From assembly GCA_050011755.1 (NCBI GenBank), contig JBEKIM010000005.1, positions 8,007 to 72,006 of the forward strand: a stretch of DNA of 64,000 nt, written 5' to 3'. Shown piece by piece: positions 44,816 through 54,299 of the stretch. Positions within the stretch are counted from its first letter, which is position 1; each line of letters starts with the position of its first letter. Below the pieces are notes generated by a model, which saw only the letters and a program-made list of their open reading frames with translations, made no database searches and was not told the origin of the DNA. The DNA is from Bryobacteraceae bacterium (GTDB lineage: Bacteria; Acidobacteriota; Terriglobia; Bryobacterales; Bryobacteraceae). Made by a program: the position numbers and the translations under genes.

Positions 44816-47455
44816 TCACAACAGCTTCGCCACCCGTTCCCGGAATCGTGTGTAAATCCACGAAACCGCCAGCAGGATGACTCCCAGCAGGATGAGCGAT
44901 AGGATGCGCGGCAGCGTTTCCAGGTGCCGCAGGTCCCATGCGAACAGTTTCACGATGCAGGCCAGCAGCAGCACCAGCCCCGATATGCGGAATACCCGGT
45001 CGCGCAGGGGGAAGCCGGACGCCAGCAGGATCACGCCCTGGATCCCGCAAGCCATCGTCAACAAGCTGCCTTGGATCCGGTAATACAGCAGCAGGGTCGT
45101 CAGCGTGGTGGCCATCAGCGAGAAATACAGGCGCTCCCGGCCGTCCCGCTCCGACGCCAGTTGCGCGGTGTAAAAGCAGGCAATCGCAGCGGCGGCCGGC
45201 CACGCCACGGCAGCCATGTCGGACAAGTTGGCGATGGAGAGGAGATAGGCCAGCGCGGCGGCGACACCTCCCTGCCACTTGAAGACTTCTCGCTTCCACT
45301 CGCGTCCCGCGACGATCAGCGCCAGCGCCGCCGCCGCCCACGATGCTGCCACCATCTCCGCCGGCGCCAACGCCCACAGCGCTACCAGGGCGAACGCCAG
45401 TCCGCAGGACGAGGCTCCGGTCAGTACCATCCCCTCTTCTTCCCGGTGTGCGCGCGCGGCGATGCCATAAGCCAACAGCGCGGCCCACAAGGGAATCAGG
45501 CGCGGAGCCCATGGACCGGAGTTCGCGAGCCCCAATATAGTGTGTAAACCCACCAGGCACGCGCCCGCCGCCGCGGCCGCGTATGCCATCCGCCGAAAGT
45601 CGCCCGGCAACCGCCGTAGCCCCAATTCCAGGATCGGGATCGCCAGCGCCATCCAGGCAATCCCCAGATATGGGTCAGGCACCAGCCGCCACACCAGCGC
45701 CATCAGCGCCATTACCGCCAGACCGGCGCCGCCCAACCGCAACAGGCCGCGTTCGTCTTCTCCAAAACGATCGGCGCCGGACCACAGCGCGCACAACGCC
45801 GCCGCGTAGCATAGCCCGGCGGCCGCCGCCAGCGGTAGTTCGCGCATTTCCAAGGCTGTGCCCGCCAAACCCACCGCCAGCAGCAGATACCCCTGTAAGC
45901 GGAAATCGACGAACCGCCGCCACCAGCCGAAAGCGAACGCGCCCAGCGCCGCAAGTTGCCACGCCACGCTGCGCGACGGCTCCGGCATCTTCTTGCCGAT
46001 CGCCAGCGCCACCATCGCCGCGCCCGCGTAGCCGTAGAACGTGTCCGCCGCGTACAGAGCGCGGTTGGCATAAAACACCACGGCATCGAGCGACGCTACC
46101 GGCAGCCATTGATCCGCCGGCAGCGTCCACATGTCGATTGCCAGCAGCCGCAGCGCCTCCACGCCGAATAGGGATGTGCCCAGCCAGCGCAAATAAGGCG
46201 CGCGCAGCCGTATGCCTGCCAGGTAGAACAGCTCCGCCTCCACCACCAGCGCCGACGCGATCCGTTCATGGTCCAGCTTTAAGAAAATGGCGCCCGCAGC
46301 CAGGGCCGCCGTCAGGGTGGCCGCGCCGTGCCATTTGCCCGATCGAACCCGCACCGCCGCGCTCACCAGATAGGCCATGGCCGCTGCCGCCAGCAGAATC
46401 CACAGGCGATCCGGCGCCGCCGTCTGCCATTTCAGCACCGAGAGCCCCAATCCACCCGCCGCGTTGAGCGGCAGCAGCCAGGCCTCCGGATGCCATATAT
46501 CGAAGATTTCGAACAGCAGCCAGTACACGATAAACATGGCCTGCGCCTGCCACAATGGCGCCCCTGTATCGCCTCGCATCACCACCACGGCATAGGTGGC
46601 GATCAGTCCCAGCATCGCCATCCGGATCCAGCGGAACCGGTGCGCCACATACAGCAGCGAGGCCGCCAGCGGGACCAGCGCCAGGAAGGGCAGAGAACTC
46701 ATGTCCGTGATCGCCAGCGTGCCGAACGCTACGAAATAGGCCAGTCCCGTTACTGTCTGCGAACGGTAGCGCAGTGAATGTACGATCATGCCGGCGGCTA
46801 CTGCCAGCAGCAGGATGGCACCCACCACCGCGCTGTCGATCACGCGCGCCGCCTCCACGGCGTGCATGGCGTAGACCGTCACGTACAGTCCCGCCCAGCC
46901 GCCACCCAACAGCCCGCGCGCGAAGACTTGGTAGCGTTCCCACGATTCGAAAATCACCCCGCACGCCAGCAGGGCGCAGCTTGCGGCCAGGCAGATGCCT
47001 ACGCGGCCGCCCGGCCCGAATTGTGTGAACGAATAGCGCAGCAGTGTCGCCAGCCCCACCACCAGCACAAACACGCCGATCTTGGCGAACCAATTGCCGC
47101 CCAGAATGGCTTCCCAATCTCGCGGGGCAGGCGGGGGTGGTGGCTCACGCAGCGGGACAGATACGGGCTCAGTGTGCGCCGGTATTGCCGGTTTGATCGC
47201 CCGCGGTTCCGGCGCAGGCCGGAAAACTGCGGTTTTCGGAAGCGTTAGTTCCGGTGCGGGCCTGGGAGCCACGGGCGCGGGCACAGGCGCCGCCGCCTGG
47301 CTCTTACGGTAAATCTCCGCCAGCGCCTGGCTCTGTGCGTCGACGCGCCCAGTCAGCTCCTTGATGCGCGACTCCATCTCCGCCAGGCGATCCCGCAGGA
47401 TCGCCCAGCGGATCAGCAAAACCACAATCAAGCCAAGGACCAGAAAGATTTCCAT
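44816..47455 (-). CDS. DUF2339-type large polytopic membrane protein
   Basis: 879 aa. One N-terminal TM helix is followed by a coiled coil (RDRLAEMESRIKELTGRVDAQSQALAEIY), a Pro/Ala-rich linker, and more than 20 hydrophobic helices. Confidence 0.7.
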   Translation of the reverse strand: MEIFLVLGLIVVLLIRWAILRDRLAEMESRIKELTGRVDAQSQALAEIYRKSQAAAPVPAPVAPRPAPELTLPKTAVFRPAPEPRAIKPAIPAHTEPVSVPLREPPPPPAPRDWEAILGGNWFAKIGVFVLVVGLATLLRYSFTQFGPGGRVGICLAASCALLACGVIFESWERYQVFARGLLGGGWAGLYVTVYAMHAVEAARVIDSAVVGAILLLAVAAGMIVHSLRYRSQTVTGLAYFVAFGTLAITDMSSLPFLALVPLAASLLYVAHRFRWIRMAMLGLIATYAVVVMRGDTGAPLWQAQAMFIVYWLLFEIFDIWHPEAWLLPLNAAGGLGLSVLKWQTAAPDRLWILLAAAAMAYLVSAAVRVRSGKWHGAATLTAALAAGAIFLKLDHERIASALVVEAELFYLAGIRLRAPYLRWLGTSLFGVEALRLLAIDMWTLPADQWLPVASLDAVVFYANRALYAADTFYGYAGAAMVALAIGKKMPEPSRSVAWQLAALGAFAFGWWRRFVDFRLQGYLLLAVGLAGTALEMRELPLAAAAGLCYAAALCALWSGADRFGEDERGLLRLGGAGLAVMALMALVWRLVPDPYLGIAWMALAIPILELGLRRLPGDFRRMAYAAAAAGACLVGLHTILGLANSGPWAPRLIPLWAALLAYGIAARAHREEEGMVLTGASSCGLAFALVALWALAPAEMVAASWAAAALALIVAGREWKREVFKWQGGVAAALAYLLSIANLSDMAAVAWPAAAAIACFYTAQLASERDGRERLYFSLMATTLTTLLLYYRIQGSLLTMACGIQGVILLASGFPLRDRVFRISGLVLLLACIVKLFAWDLRHLETLPRILSLILLGVILLAVSWIYTRFRERVAKLL

Positions 47456-47467
47456 AACGCGCTCCTT

Positions 47468-50400
47468 TCAGGACCGTGGCGCGGCCACTTCCGCCGCCAC
47501 TAACTCCTCCGCGCGCATTTTCAAGCCGCGCAGGTCCAGCTTACCCGTGCCAAGCTGCGGCAGCGACTCCACCCGGTACAGATTCTCGCGCTTCGGAATC
47601 CACAAGCGCGGCAGATCCGTCTCCGCCAGCTTCTGCCACAATTCCGCCGGCTCCATCTCGTGTACGTACAGCGCGGCCAGCCGCTCCCCGCGCCGCTCGT
47701 CCGCTACCGAAGTGACGGCGCAAGGCGCGGCCCCTAACACGACTGCGATGGCATCTTCGATCCGCAGGTGCGGCACCATCTCGCCCGCGATCTTGCTGAA
47801 CCGCGACAGCCGGTCGGTAATGCGAATGAATCCTTCGTCGTCAATGGCCGCGATATCGCCGGTGATATACCAGCCCTCGTGCAGCACCTCGGCCGTGCGC
47901 TGCGGCTCGCCCAGATAGCCGATCATGCGGTTCGACCCTTTTACCAGCAATAGCCCCGGCTGATCCGGCCCCAGCGCCACGAAAGTCGCCGGATCCACCA
48001 CCTGCGCCGCGACACCCGGCATCGGGTGCCCCACCGTGCCCGGCTTGTTGCCGATTTGCGAATCCTTGCCCGCCTGGAAATTGGGTGCGTTCACCGCCAC
48101 TACCGGCGCCATTTCCGTGCAGCCGTATCCTTCGAGCAACTCTACGCCGAACTTCTCGCGGAACGCCACGGCGATGGGTTCGCGCAGCTTCTCCGCGCCC
48201 ACCAGCACGAATCGCAGGCTGGCAAATTCCTCTGCCGTACACTTGCGCGTATAGCCCGCGCAGAACGTGGGCGTCGACAGCAGGAACGTCGCCCGATACT
48301 TCGCGATCAGCTCGCCGATCGCCTTAGCGTCCGTGGGATTTGGATGGTAGACCACGCCGCATCCCGCAATCAGCGGGAACCAGATCGTGACCGTATATCC
48401 GAACGAGTGAAAGAAGGGCAGTACGCCCACGATGCGATCCTGCTCGCCGATCCAGAAAAGCTGCGCCATCGCATCGATATTGGCCAGCACGTTATAGTGC
48501 GAGAGCATCACGCCCTTCGGGATGCCCGTGCTGCCGCTCGAAAAGATCACGGTCGCCAGCGTTTCCGGACGCGCTCCGCCGCCGAGCAGGCGCGCCGGCG
48601 CCAATCGCGCGGCCACCAGTGCCTTCAGCTTCGCCAGCTTGCCCGTGCGCGCCAGAATGTCTTCCACGAACACCATGCCATCCTGCGCTTCGATCCTGGC
48701 CTTTGCCAGAAACACGCGCGACGTGACCACCGTGCGGACGTTGCAGCGTTCGCGCGCGGCCGTCATCGCCTCCGGCCCGGCCGTGAAGTTGAGATTTACC
48801 GGCACGCGCCCCGCCAAGGTGATTCCCACGTTCGCCAGCGCGCCCGCCGCGCTGGGCGGCAGCAGCACGCCGATCATTTGTTCGTCGCGCCGCGTGCGCG
48901 CCCAGCCCGCCACCAGCACCCCGGCGGTGAGCATGCGACCGTAGGTCAGCTCCCGGCCGGTCGCATCGGCCATCGCAAAGTGGCTCCAGTTGCGCCGCGC
49001 GCTTTGGATCAACCGGCGCGGCAGCGTATCGCCCGCGGTCTGGCGATGCGCGTTCGCTTCCGACGCCAGTTCCTGTATCGCCTGCCGCACTTCATGCGCG
49101 CTGGAATTCGTCGGCATCGGATTGCCGAACGAAACCGTCACCGGATACGGAATCCGTTTGGGCCACTTCCAGAAAAAGCGGCCGCGCTCGAAGCTGAAGA
49201 TGCTGCCCCATAGCCGGTCGAGGTGTACCGGGATGATCGGCACATCCAGCCCTTCGACGATTTTCTCCATGCCGCGCTTGAAGGGCAGGATATTCCCCGT
49301 GCGGCTGATGGCCCCCTCCGCGAAGATGCAGACCACGTGTCCGGCCGCCAGTTCGCGCCGCGCCGCGCGGATCGCCTCGATCGCCTCGCGGCCCCCGCCC
49401 ACCGGGATCGCCTTCGTCTTGCGGAAGAACCAGTTCAGCGCCTTCAGTTGGTAATACGGCTTCCAGACCATGAAGCGGATGAACCGCTGTACGCACGCGC
49501 CCACCAGGAAGCCGTCCACGTGCGACATGTGATTCGAAACCAGCAAGGCCGGCCCCCGAAATGGCACGTTCTCCTGCCCCACGATGCGGATGCGGAAGAT
49601 CGTGTGGGTGACAAACCACAACACGAATCGGATCAGGAAATCGTCCACCACCGTCACGATGTAAACCGTGATAGCCACGCTGACGAATCCGAACGTCAGG
49701 ATGATGTGCGGCGGGCTGATGTGCAGCCCGTCCGTGCAGAGATAGAACACCGCCGTGGCCAACAGCATTCCCAGCGTGTTGTAGATGTTGTTGGTGGCGA
49801 TGATGCGGCCCTTTTCGCCGCTGTCGCTGCGCTGTTGCAGGTAGGCGTTCAGCGGCACAAAGAAGACACCGGCCGCCACGCCCAGCATCGACAGCATCGC
49901 CACCGACGCCCAGTAAGAACCGCGCGCGCCGTACAGCGCCAGGCTGAATACGCCCATGCAGATGGAGCCGAGCGGCACCAGCCCGATCTCCACTTTGTCG
50001 CCCGAGAGCCTGCCCGCCAGCATACTGCCCGCGCCGATCCCCACCGACAGAAACGTCATCAACAGTCCCGCGTGCGATTCGTCGGCTCTCAGCGTTTCGC
50101 TGCCGAACAGCATCAGGTCCATCTGGAACAGCATCGCCAGGAACCAGAAGTAGGAGATGGCCATCACCGCGAGCCACAGCGGACGGTCGCGCAGCAGGTG
50201 CCGGGTCCCTTCCGCGATTTCGCCCACGGGATTGAGCCGCCACGGTTGCCGCGCGCCCGCCGCCGGCACCCGCGTGATACGGAAACTGGTCAGGCAGCCG
50301 ATCACCGCCACCGTGGTCAGCACCACGCCCACCTTCCATTCGGCCGTCTTCCATTGGGCGAACAGGAATGGCCCCACCGACGTGCCGAGCACGATAGCCA

Positions 50401-50917
50401 CCAGCGTGGTCATCTCCAGCAACGCATTGGCGCGCGAAAGGTCGCGATTCGAGACCAGTTCCGGCACGATGGAATATTTGGCCGGGCTGAATATCGTATA
50501 GTGCACGGCCATCAGGAACAGCACCACGAACATCAGGGGGACGCTGTGCGAGAAGAAGAGCAGAATGCCTAGCCCCATCACGGCGATCTCGAAAATCTTG
50601 ACGGCGATCAGCACCGTGCGTTTGCTGATGGCGTCCGCCAGTTGGCCGGCGTATCCGGTGAACAGCAGCGAGGGCAGCACGAAGATGGCCCCGGCCAGCG
50701 CCACGTACTTGCCGCTCTGGCCGGCTTGCGCGACGATATACACCGCGCGCAGCGAAACGATGATGCGGTAGGCGTTATCGTTGAACGCGCCGAGGAATTG
50801 GGTGCAGAGGAAGGCGACGAAGCCGCCGTTCTTGAGTACGTCTTTGAATCCGCCGTGTGCCATGGCCGGTACCAATGCACGGCGCAAGCCGTGGCGCCGG
50901 TGTGGCAAAGATACCAC
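47468..50917 (-). CDS. aas: Fusion protein: MFS lysophospholipid transporter (LplT-like), PlsC acyltransferase and acyl-ACP synthetase (Aas-like)
   Basis: The N-terminal part has about 12 TM helices of MFS type. The acyltransferase motif is NHMSHVDG. The AMP-binding motif is IFSSGSTGIPKGV, with a later GWYITGD. The start could be GTG 50917 or ATG 50863. Confidence 0.85.
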   Translation of the reverse strand: MVSLPHRRHGLRRALVPAMAHGGFKDVLKNGGFVAFLCTQFLGAFNDNAYRIIVSLRAVYIVAQAGQSGKYVALAGAIFVLPSLLFTGYAGQLADAISKRTVLIAVKIFEIAVMGLGILLFFSHSVPLMFVVLFLMAVHYTIFSPAKYSIVPELVSNRDLSRANALLEMTTLVAIVLGTSVGPFLFAQWKTAEWKVGVVLTTVAVIGCLTSFRITRVPAAGARQPWRLNPVGEIAEGTRHLLRDRPLWLAVMAISYFWFLAMLFQMDLMLFGSETLRADESHAGLLMTFLSVGIGAGSMLAGRLSGDKVEIGLVPLGSICMGVFSLALYGARGSYWASVAMLSMLGVAAGVFFVPLNAYLQQRSDSGEKGRIIATNNIYNTLGMLLATAVFYLCTDGLHISPPHIILTFGFVSVAITVYIVTVVDDFLIRFVLWFVTHTIFRIRIVGQENVPFRGPALLVSNHMSHVDGFLVGACVQRFIRFMVWKPYYQLKALNWFFRKTKAIPVGGGREAIEAIRAARRELAAGHVVCIFAEGAISRTGNILPFKRGMEKIVEGLDVPIIPVHLDRLWGSIFSFERGRFFWKWPKRIPYPVTVSFGNPMPTNSSAHEVRQAIQELASEANAHRQTAGDTLPRRLIQSARRNWSHFAMADATGRELTYGRMLTAGVLVAGWARTRRDEQMIGVLLPPSAAGALANVGITLAGRVPVNLNFTAGPEAMTAARERCNVRTVVTSRVFLAKARIEAQDGMVFVEDILARTGKLAKLKALVAARLAPARLLGGGARPETLATVIFSSGSTGIPKGVMLSHYNVLANIDAMAQLFWIGEQDRIVGVLPFFHSFGYTVTIWFPLIAGCGVVYHPNPTDAKAIGELIAKYRATFLLSTPTFCAGYTRKCTAEEFASLRFVLVGAEKLREPIAVAFREKFGVELLEGYGCTEMAPVVAVNAPNFQAGKDSQIGNKPGTVGHPMPGVAAQVVDPATFVALGPDQPGLLLVKGSNRMIGYLGEPQRTAEVLHEGWYITGDIAAIDDEGFIRITDRLSRFSKIAGEMVPHLRIEDAIAVVLGAAPCAVTSVADERRGERLAALYVHEMEPAELWQKLAETDLPRLWIPKRENLYRVESLPQLGTGKLDLRGLKMRAEELVAAEVAAPRS

Positions 50918-51019
50918 GGGTCAATGGGTTAGCGATAGGCTGTTGGGAGTTAGCGGAAGATGCCGTACATTTTATGAACGATTAATGTACATCGACCGCC
51001 CATTGGCGCCAGGGTCTCC

Positions 51020-52222
51020 TTAGAGCGACGGCGAGCGCGGCTCCGCGCCGGCAATCTCCGCCTGCTCCGACGAGATGTGCCAGACTCCGGCCGTCCGCAC
51101 CAGCGTCATGCGCTCCTGTTCTTCACCGCCTGATTTTCCGTGCCCCGACATCCGCCAATGCTTGCGGAACGTCGCCACCGCGCGATCCTCGCTCACCGGC
51201 GTGATCCCTAGGTCGGAGATGCGAAAAACGTCCAGATGGCCATAATGCGCGTGGGGCTTCCGTATGCTCTGGCCTACGGCCTGGCGCGTCACCGCATGGC
51301 GATCGAAATACGTGCTCACCACCGGTGCATAACATTGCGCCGCGGCATCCGCGTCGCCGCGTTTCAGTGCGCCCGCCCAGCGATCCAGCAGCACGCGAAT
51401 CCCGGAGGTGTCCGGCGCGGACGGAACCGGCGTGCCCTCCACGATGCCTTCCGCGCCCGCCGCTGGCGCGACTGTCTGCGGCGGTTGCTGCACCGCCGGC
51501 GTTGCGGCCGTTGCTACTGCGATCCGGGCCGGGCCGCTCGCCGGATGCCGCCATAGATAGCCGAGTGCGCCCAACGCCAGGCCGAGCAGCATGGCCGCGG
51601 CATACCAGGGCCAGCGCTTTCTGACGGAACGCTCCGGATCGGGATCGCTAACCGACTGCCGGGGACGCGGCGCGGGCCAACTCATCAACGGCGGTGGGGC
51701 GGGCGCCGCGGGCGCGGCGTCATGGGGAACGCACCGCCGGAAGCAGAAGTCCTCGTCGCTGATTCCCATCAGGCTGGGTTTCACCAATAAAACCAGGTCC
51801 TCGTCGCCGGCAAAATACGCGTGCCGCAGTTCCTCGTCTTCGCGCGAAAGCTCGAAGTCCGGCGCCGTTTGGCTCCGATAATAACCGAGAACCGACAGCC
51901 CGGGCTGTGCGCCGCCGCGAAACCACTCCACGGTTTCTTCGAGTTGCGCCCGGTCCGCATCCGAGAGGCGGTAGCAGGGGCCGAAGCGATGTTCCGAGGG
52001 GACCGGCTCGAAGTCCTCTACCACGATCCGGTCCTCCGCGCGCCGCCCGAGCAGAATCCCGCCCGTCTCGGCGCTGCGATGCGGCGCGGATGCGAAAGCT
52101 TCATTGACTTCCCGGTGGATACCCTCCATCGCGCGCCGGCGAATATCGATGGGAGGCGACTCCGGCGGGCGCCAAGTCACATATTCGAGTTGCATTTCCT
52201 GGCTGGAAGACAGTCCGGGCAT
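51020..52222 (-). CDS. Membrane protein: N-terminal MPN/JAB-like domain without the JAMM histidines, one TM helix, C-terminal NTF2/SnoaL-like domain
   Basis: ETGGILLG...GLSVLGYYRSQTAPDFELSREDEEL has RSQ where H-S-H is expected, while S-x-x-D is kept. The TM helix is WPWYAAAMLLGLALGALGYLW. The C-terminal part is LLDRWAGALKRGDADAAAQCYAPVVSTYF...LVRTAGVWHISSEQ. Confidence 0.5.
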   Translation of the reverse strand: MPGLSSSQEMQLEYVTWRPPESPPIDIRRRAMEGIHREVNEAFASAPHRSAETGGILLGRRAEDRIVVEDFEPVPSEHRFGPCYRLSDADRAQLEETVEWFRGGAQPGLSVLGYYRSQTAPDFELSREDEELRHAYFAGDEDLVLLVKPSLMGISDEDFCFRRCVPHDAAPAAPAPPPLMSWPAPRPRQSVSDPDPERSVRKRWPWYAAAMLLGLALGALGYLWRHPASGPARIAVATAATPAVQQPPQTVAPAAGAEGIVEGTPVPSAPDTSGIRVLLDRWAGALKRGDADAAAQCYAPVVSTYFDRHAVTRQAVGQSIRKPHAHYGHLDVFRISDLGITPVSEDRAVATFRKHWRMSGHGKSGGEEQERMTLVRTAGVWHISSEQAEIAGAEPRSPSL

Positions 52223-52294
52223 GGGTTGGTAGCTACGTCTTCAGACGGCTGCGGGTTGTGGTCCGTTGCGCAAACTAGTACTCCGCGGGATGCC

Positions 52295-53026
52295 TCAAGC
52301 CCCCATACCCGGCAGCTTGGTCGTGCTGTGGACGCGTGCCAGGTGCACGAAGGCTTCCGCCGCGCCGCAGCCGCACTCGCGCCCGCGCCAGCTTTCCATC
52401 AATTGGTGAAAATCGCGGTAAATACGCTCACCATCCTGGCTCCGGTGCGCGAAAAGGGCCGCCTTTTTCTTCTCTTGCACGCTGGTAACATCCACATAAT
52501 CAGTAGGATGGAAGCCCATGGTCTGCGCACCCAGGTCGACTTCATAATAATACAACTCGAACCGTCCCCTCCCGGCCAGCCAGGCACGGAAGGCCAGTGT
52601 GCCGGCGGCCTGATGGTCCAGGTGCGAGTCGATCGGCCATTGGGTGAATACCACGTCCGGATCTTCTCCGTCGACCACCTTCCGCAGCGATTCCGCCGCA
52701 TTCCGGTCCACCACCGTCGCGCCATCGATCTGGCCGGCGAAGACGGCCTTGGCGCCCAGGATCCGGCACGCGGCTTCGCACTCGGCCGACCGGATGGCGG
52801 CCGCCTCTTCATGAGATTTGCGCGGAATTCCGGCCTCGCCCCGCGTCAGATAGACGATCGTTACGCTGGCCCCCAGCGCGGCATAGCGCGCCAGCGTACC
52901 GCCGCAGCCCGATTCCGGATCGTCCGGATGGCCGCCCACGCAGACAATCTTCGTGGCATGCCCCCCGGACGTCTGGCCGGCGGCGAGGGCAGGTAAAGAA
53001 AGGAACTGGCGGCGCGAAGGTCCCAT
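52295..53026 (-). CDS. PIG-L/LmbE family deacetylase with twin-arginine (Tat) signal
   Basis: MGPSRRQFLSLPALAAG matches the Tat consensus S-R-R-x-F-L. The PIG-L motif is VCVGGHPDDPESGCGG. Start set to ATG 53026 (GGGAGAA upstream). Confidence 0.82.
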   Translation of the reverse strand: MGPSRRQFLSLPALAAGQTSGGHATKIVCVGGHPDDPESGCGGTLARYAALGASVTIVYLTRGEAGIPRKSHEEAAAIRSAECEAACRILGAKAVFAGQIDGATVVDRNAAESLRKVVDGEDPDVVFTQWPIDSHLDHQAAGTLAFRAWLAGRGRFELYYYEVDLGAQTMGFHPTDYVDVTSVQEKKKAALFAHRSQDGERIYRDFHQLMESWRGRECGCGAAEAFVHLARVHSTTKLPGMGA

Positions 53027-53088
53027 CAAGAATTCTCCCAGCGCTAGATTATACCGTCTGCGCCCTGCGCCCGCCCGGCGCCTAGTTC

Positions 53089-53177
53089 GTGGGGCGGCCA
53101 ATCCTGGCCGCAGCCGCCTTTCCAGGCGGCTAGACCCGCTGGAAAGCGGGTCCGCGGGGCTGAATAGCCCGCCCCAC
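53089..53177. repeat. Mosaic hairpin repeat, locus g (closed by 9-bp terminal inverted repeats)
   Basis: GTGGGGCGG ... CCGCCCCAC flank the hairpins GCGGCCA-ATCC-TGGCCGC, AGCCGCCT-TTCC-AGGCGGCT, ACCCGC-TGGAAA-GCGGGT and GCGGGGCT-GAAT-AGCCCGC. Confidence 0.8.
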
Positions 53178-53190
53178 CAAAGAATCCTGC

Positions 53191-53793
53191 CTACGGCCGG
53201 ACGATGCCCTGCCGGATGGCATATCGTACCAGGCTGGCGGTTTCGTGGATACCCAATTTCTCCATGATGCGGCTGCGATGTGAGTCGGCGGTCTTATAGC
53301 TGATGCCCAGCGCGACGGCGATTTCCTTGGTGGAATGGCCCTCCGCAACCAGTACCAGAACCTGCACCTCGCGCGCGGTTAGGGGCGCAACCGCCGTGGT
53401 CGAAGCAGGCGCTGGGACCTCCACGCAGGATCCGAGGTAACCCAGGAACCCTCCGTCTTTATCGAACTGGGCGTTGCCGGCATCCCGGATCCAGCGGTAT
53501 TGCCCGTCGGCCCGCCGCAAACGGTACTCCATATCGAAGGGCCGGTGCGCGGCGAATGCCAGGCGGTAAGTGTCTAAGCAGCGCTGGCGGTCATCCGGGT
53601 GGACCCCCTCAACCCATCCGTTGCCGGCCTCCTCGGCCATGGTACGGCCGCGAAATTCGAGCCAGGGCCTGTTAAAAAAGTTACACTGCCCGTCGCGGCC
53701 CGCCGACCAGAGCATAAAAGGGACTTGGTCCACCAGCGAGCGGAAGCGGTCGTCTTCAAGCCCGGCGTGAGTGATCATTTGAGTTGCTTGCAT
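53191..53793 (-). CDS. PAS domain, LuxR-type HTH transcriptional regulator
   Basis: The PAS core reads FMLWSAGRDGQCNFFNRPWLEFRGR...GWVEGVHPDDRQRC...YRLRRADGQYRWIRDAG. The C-terminal LuxR HTH reads LTAREVQVLVLVAEGHSTKEIAVALGISYKTADSHRSRIMEKLG. The start is uncertain: ATG 53793 is chosen, and the track start 54057 would add 88 unlikely residues. Confidence 0.8.
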   Translation of the reverse strand: MQATQMITHAGLEDDRFRSLVDQVPFMLWSAGRDGQCNFFNRPWLEFRGRTMAEEAGNGWVEGVHPDDRQRCLDTYRLAFAAHRPFDMEYRLRRADGQYRWIRDAGNAQFDKDGGFLGYLGSCVEVPAPASTTAVAPLTAREVQVLVLVAEGHSTKEIAVALGISYKTADSHRSRIMEKLGIHETASLVRYAIRQGIVRP

Positions 53794-54043
53794 AGTTCTT
53801 AATGAAATATTAATGCCTACCCCAACGCGGGTAAATACTGGTGGTACTATCCCCGAGGAGAAAACCTGGGCCATTGTACGGTTTCGTCCGATGTGAAAGG
53901 GCTCGGTTTCCCTGACTTGCCGACCGGAGCCACCGGGTGTTAAGATAGACAAAGACGATTGTGCTAGCGTTGCCCGCATCCTCCAAGATCTCTCCGTCGC
54001 AGCTCGCCAGGATCTGGAAAGTAAAGGAGTTAACCCTAAAATA

Positions 54044-54280
54044 ATGGCTTCTAACAACTATTCCCAAGGCGCTCAGGTGGAACACGACAAGTTCGGCTTG
54101 GGAACTGTACTCAACAGTAATGAGGAGCGCATTGTGATCAAATTTGACGATCACGGCGAAAAGAAATTCGTAACCCCAATGGTGATGGGGCAATTGAGAA
54201 AGAGCGACCGGCAGCCGCCGGCCGAGAAGCGCGCCTCACGCGCTCGCAAGCCCAAGGCCACGCCCGCACCCGTACACTAG
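54044..54280 (+). CDS. Small protein with Tudor/SH3-like beta-barrel motif (UvrD C-terminal/DUF3553-like) and a basic tail
   Basis: GAQVEHDKFGLGTVLNSNEERIVIKFDDHGEKKF fits the x-V-x-H-x-x-F-G-x-G-x-V ... F...G.K pattern. AAGGAG lies 11 nt upstream of the ATG. The tail is Lys/Arg/Pro-rich. Confidence 0.6.
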   Translation: MASNNYSQGAQVEHDKFGLGTVLNSNEERIVIKFDDHGEKKFVTPMVMGQLRKSDRQPPAEKRASRARKPKATPAPVH

Positions 54281-54299
54281 AGTCACCAAAGGAATTCAT

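Noticed and set aside
44730-47248. Several 150-300 aa ORFs on both strands lie within the DUF2339 gene (44730-45560, 45583-46467, 46266-47117 and others).
   Set aside because: They are Arg/Pro/Gly-rich translations of alternative frames of a hydrophobic membrane-protein gene. The 879-aa frame is the only one with coherent TM helices.
48026-50572. ORFs 48026-49213 (+), 49092-50354 (-) and 49223-50572 (+) lie inside the LplT-Aas gene.
   Set aside because: They are alternative-frame shadows. The 1149-aa frame carries all three sets of catalytic motifs.
52249-52260. The 12-mer TGCGGGTTGTGG is shared with the reverse complement of the right arm (16505-16523) of the moxR-DUF58 stem-loop.
   Set aside because: A single 12-nt match in GC-rich DNA is not enough to define a second repeat family. 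It is noted only as a lead.
53089-53177. The element has a tRNA-like cloverleaf appearance, with a closing stem plus internal hairpins.
   Set aside because: It has four hairpins rather than three, no T-loop (GTTCRANYC) or D-loop consensus, and stems of the wrong lengths. The modules are shared with clearly non-tRNA repeat loci.
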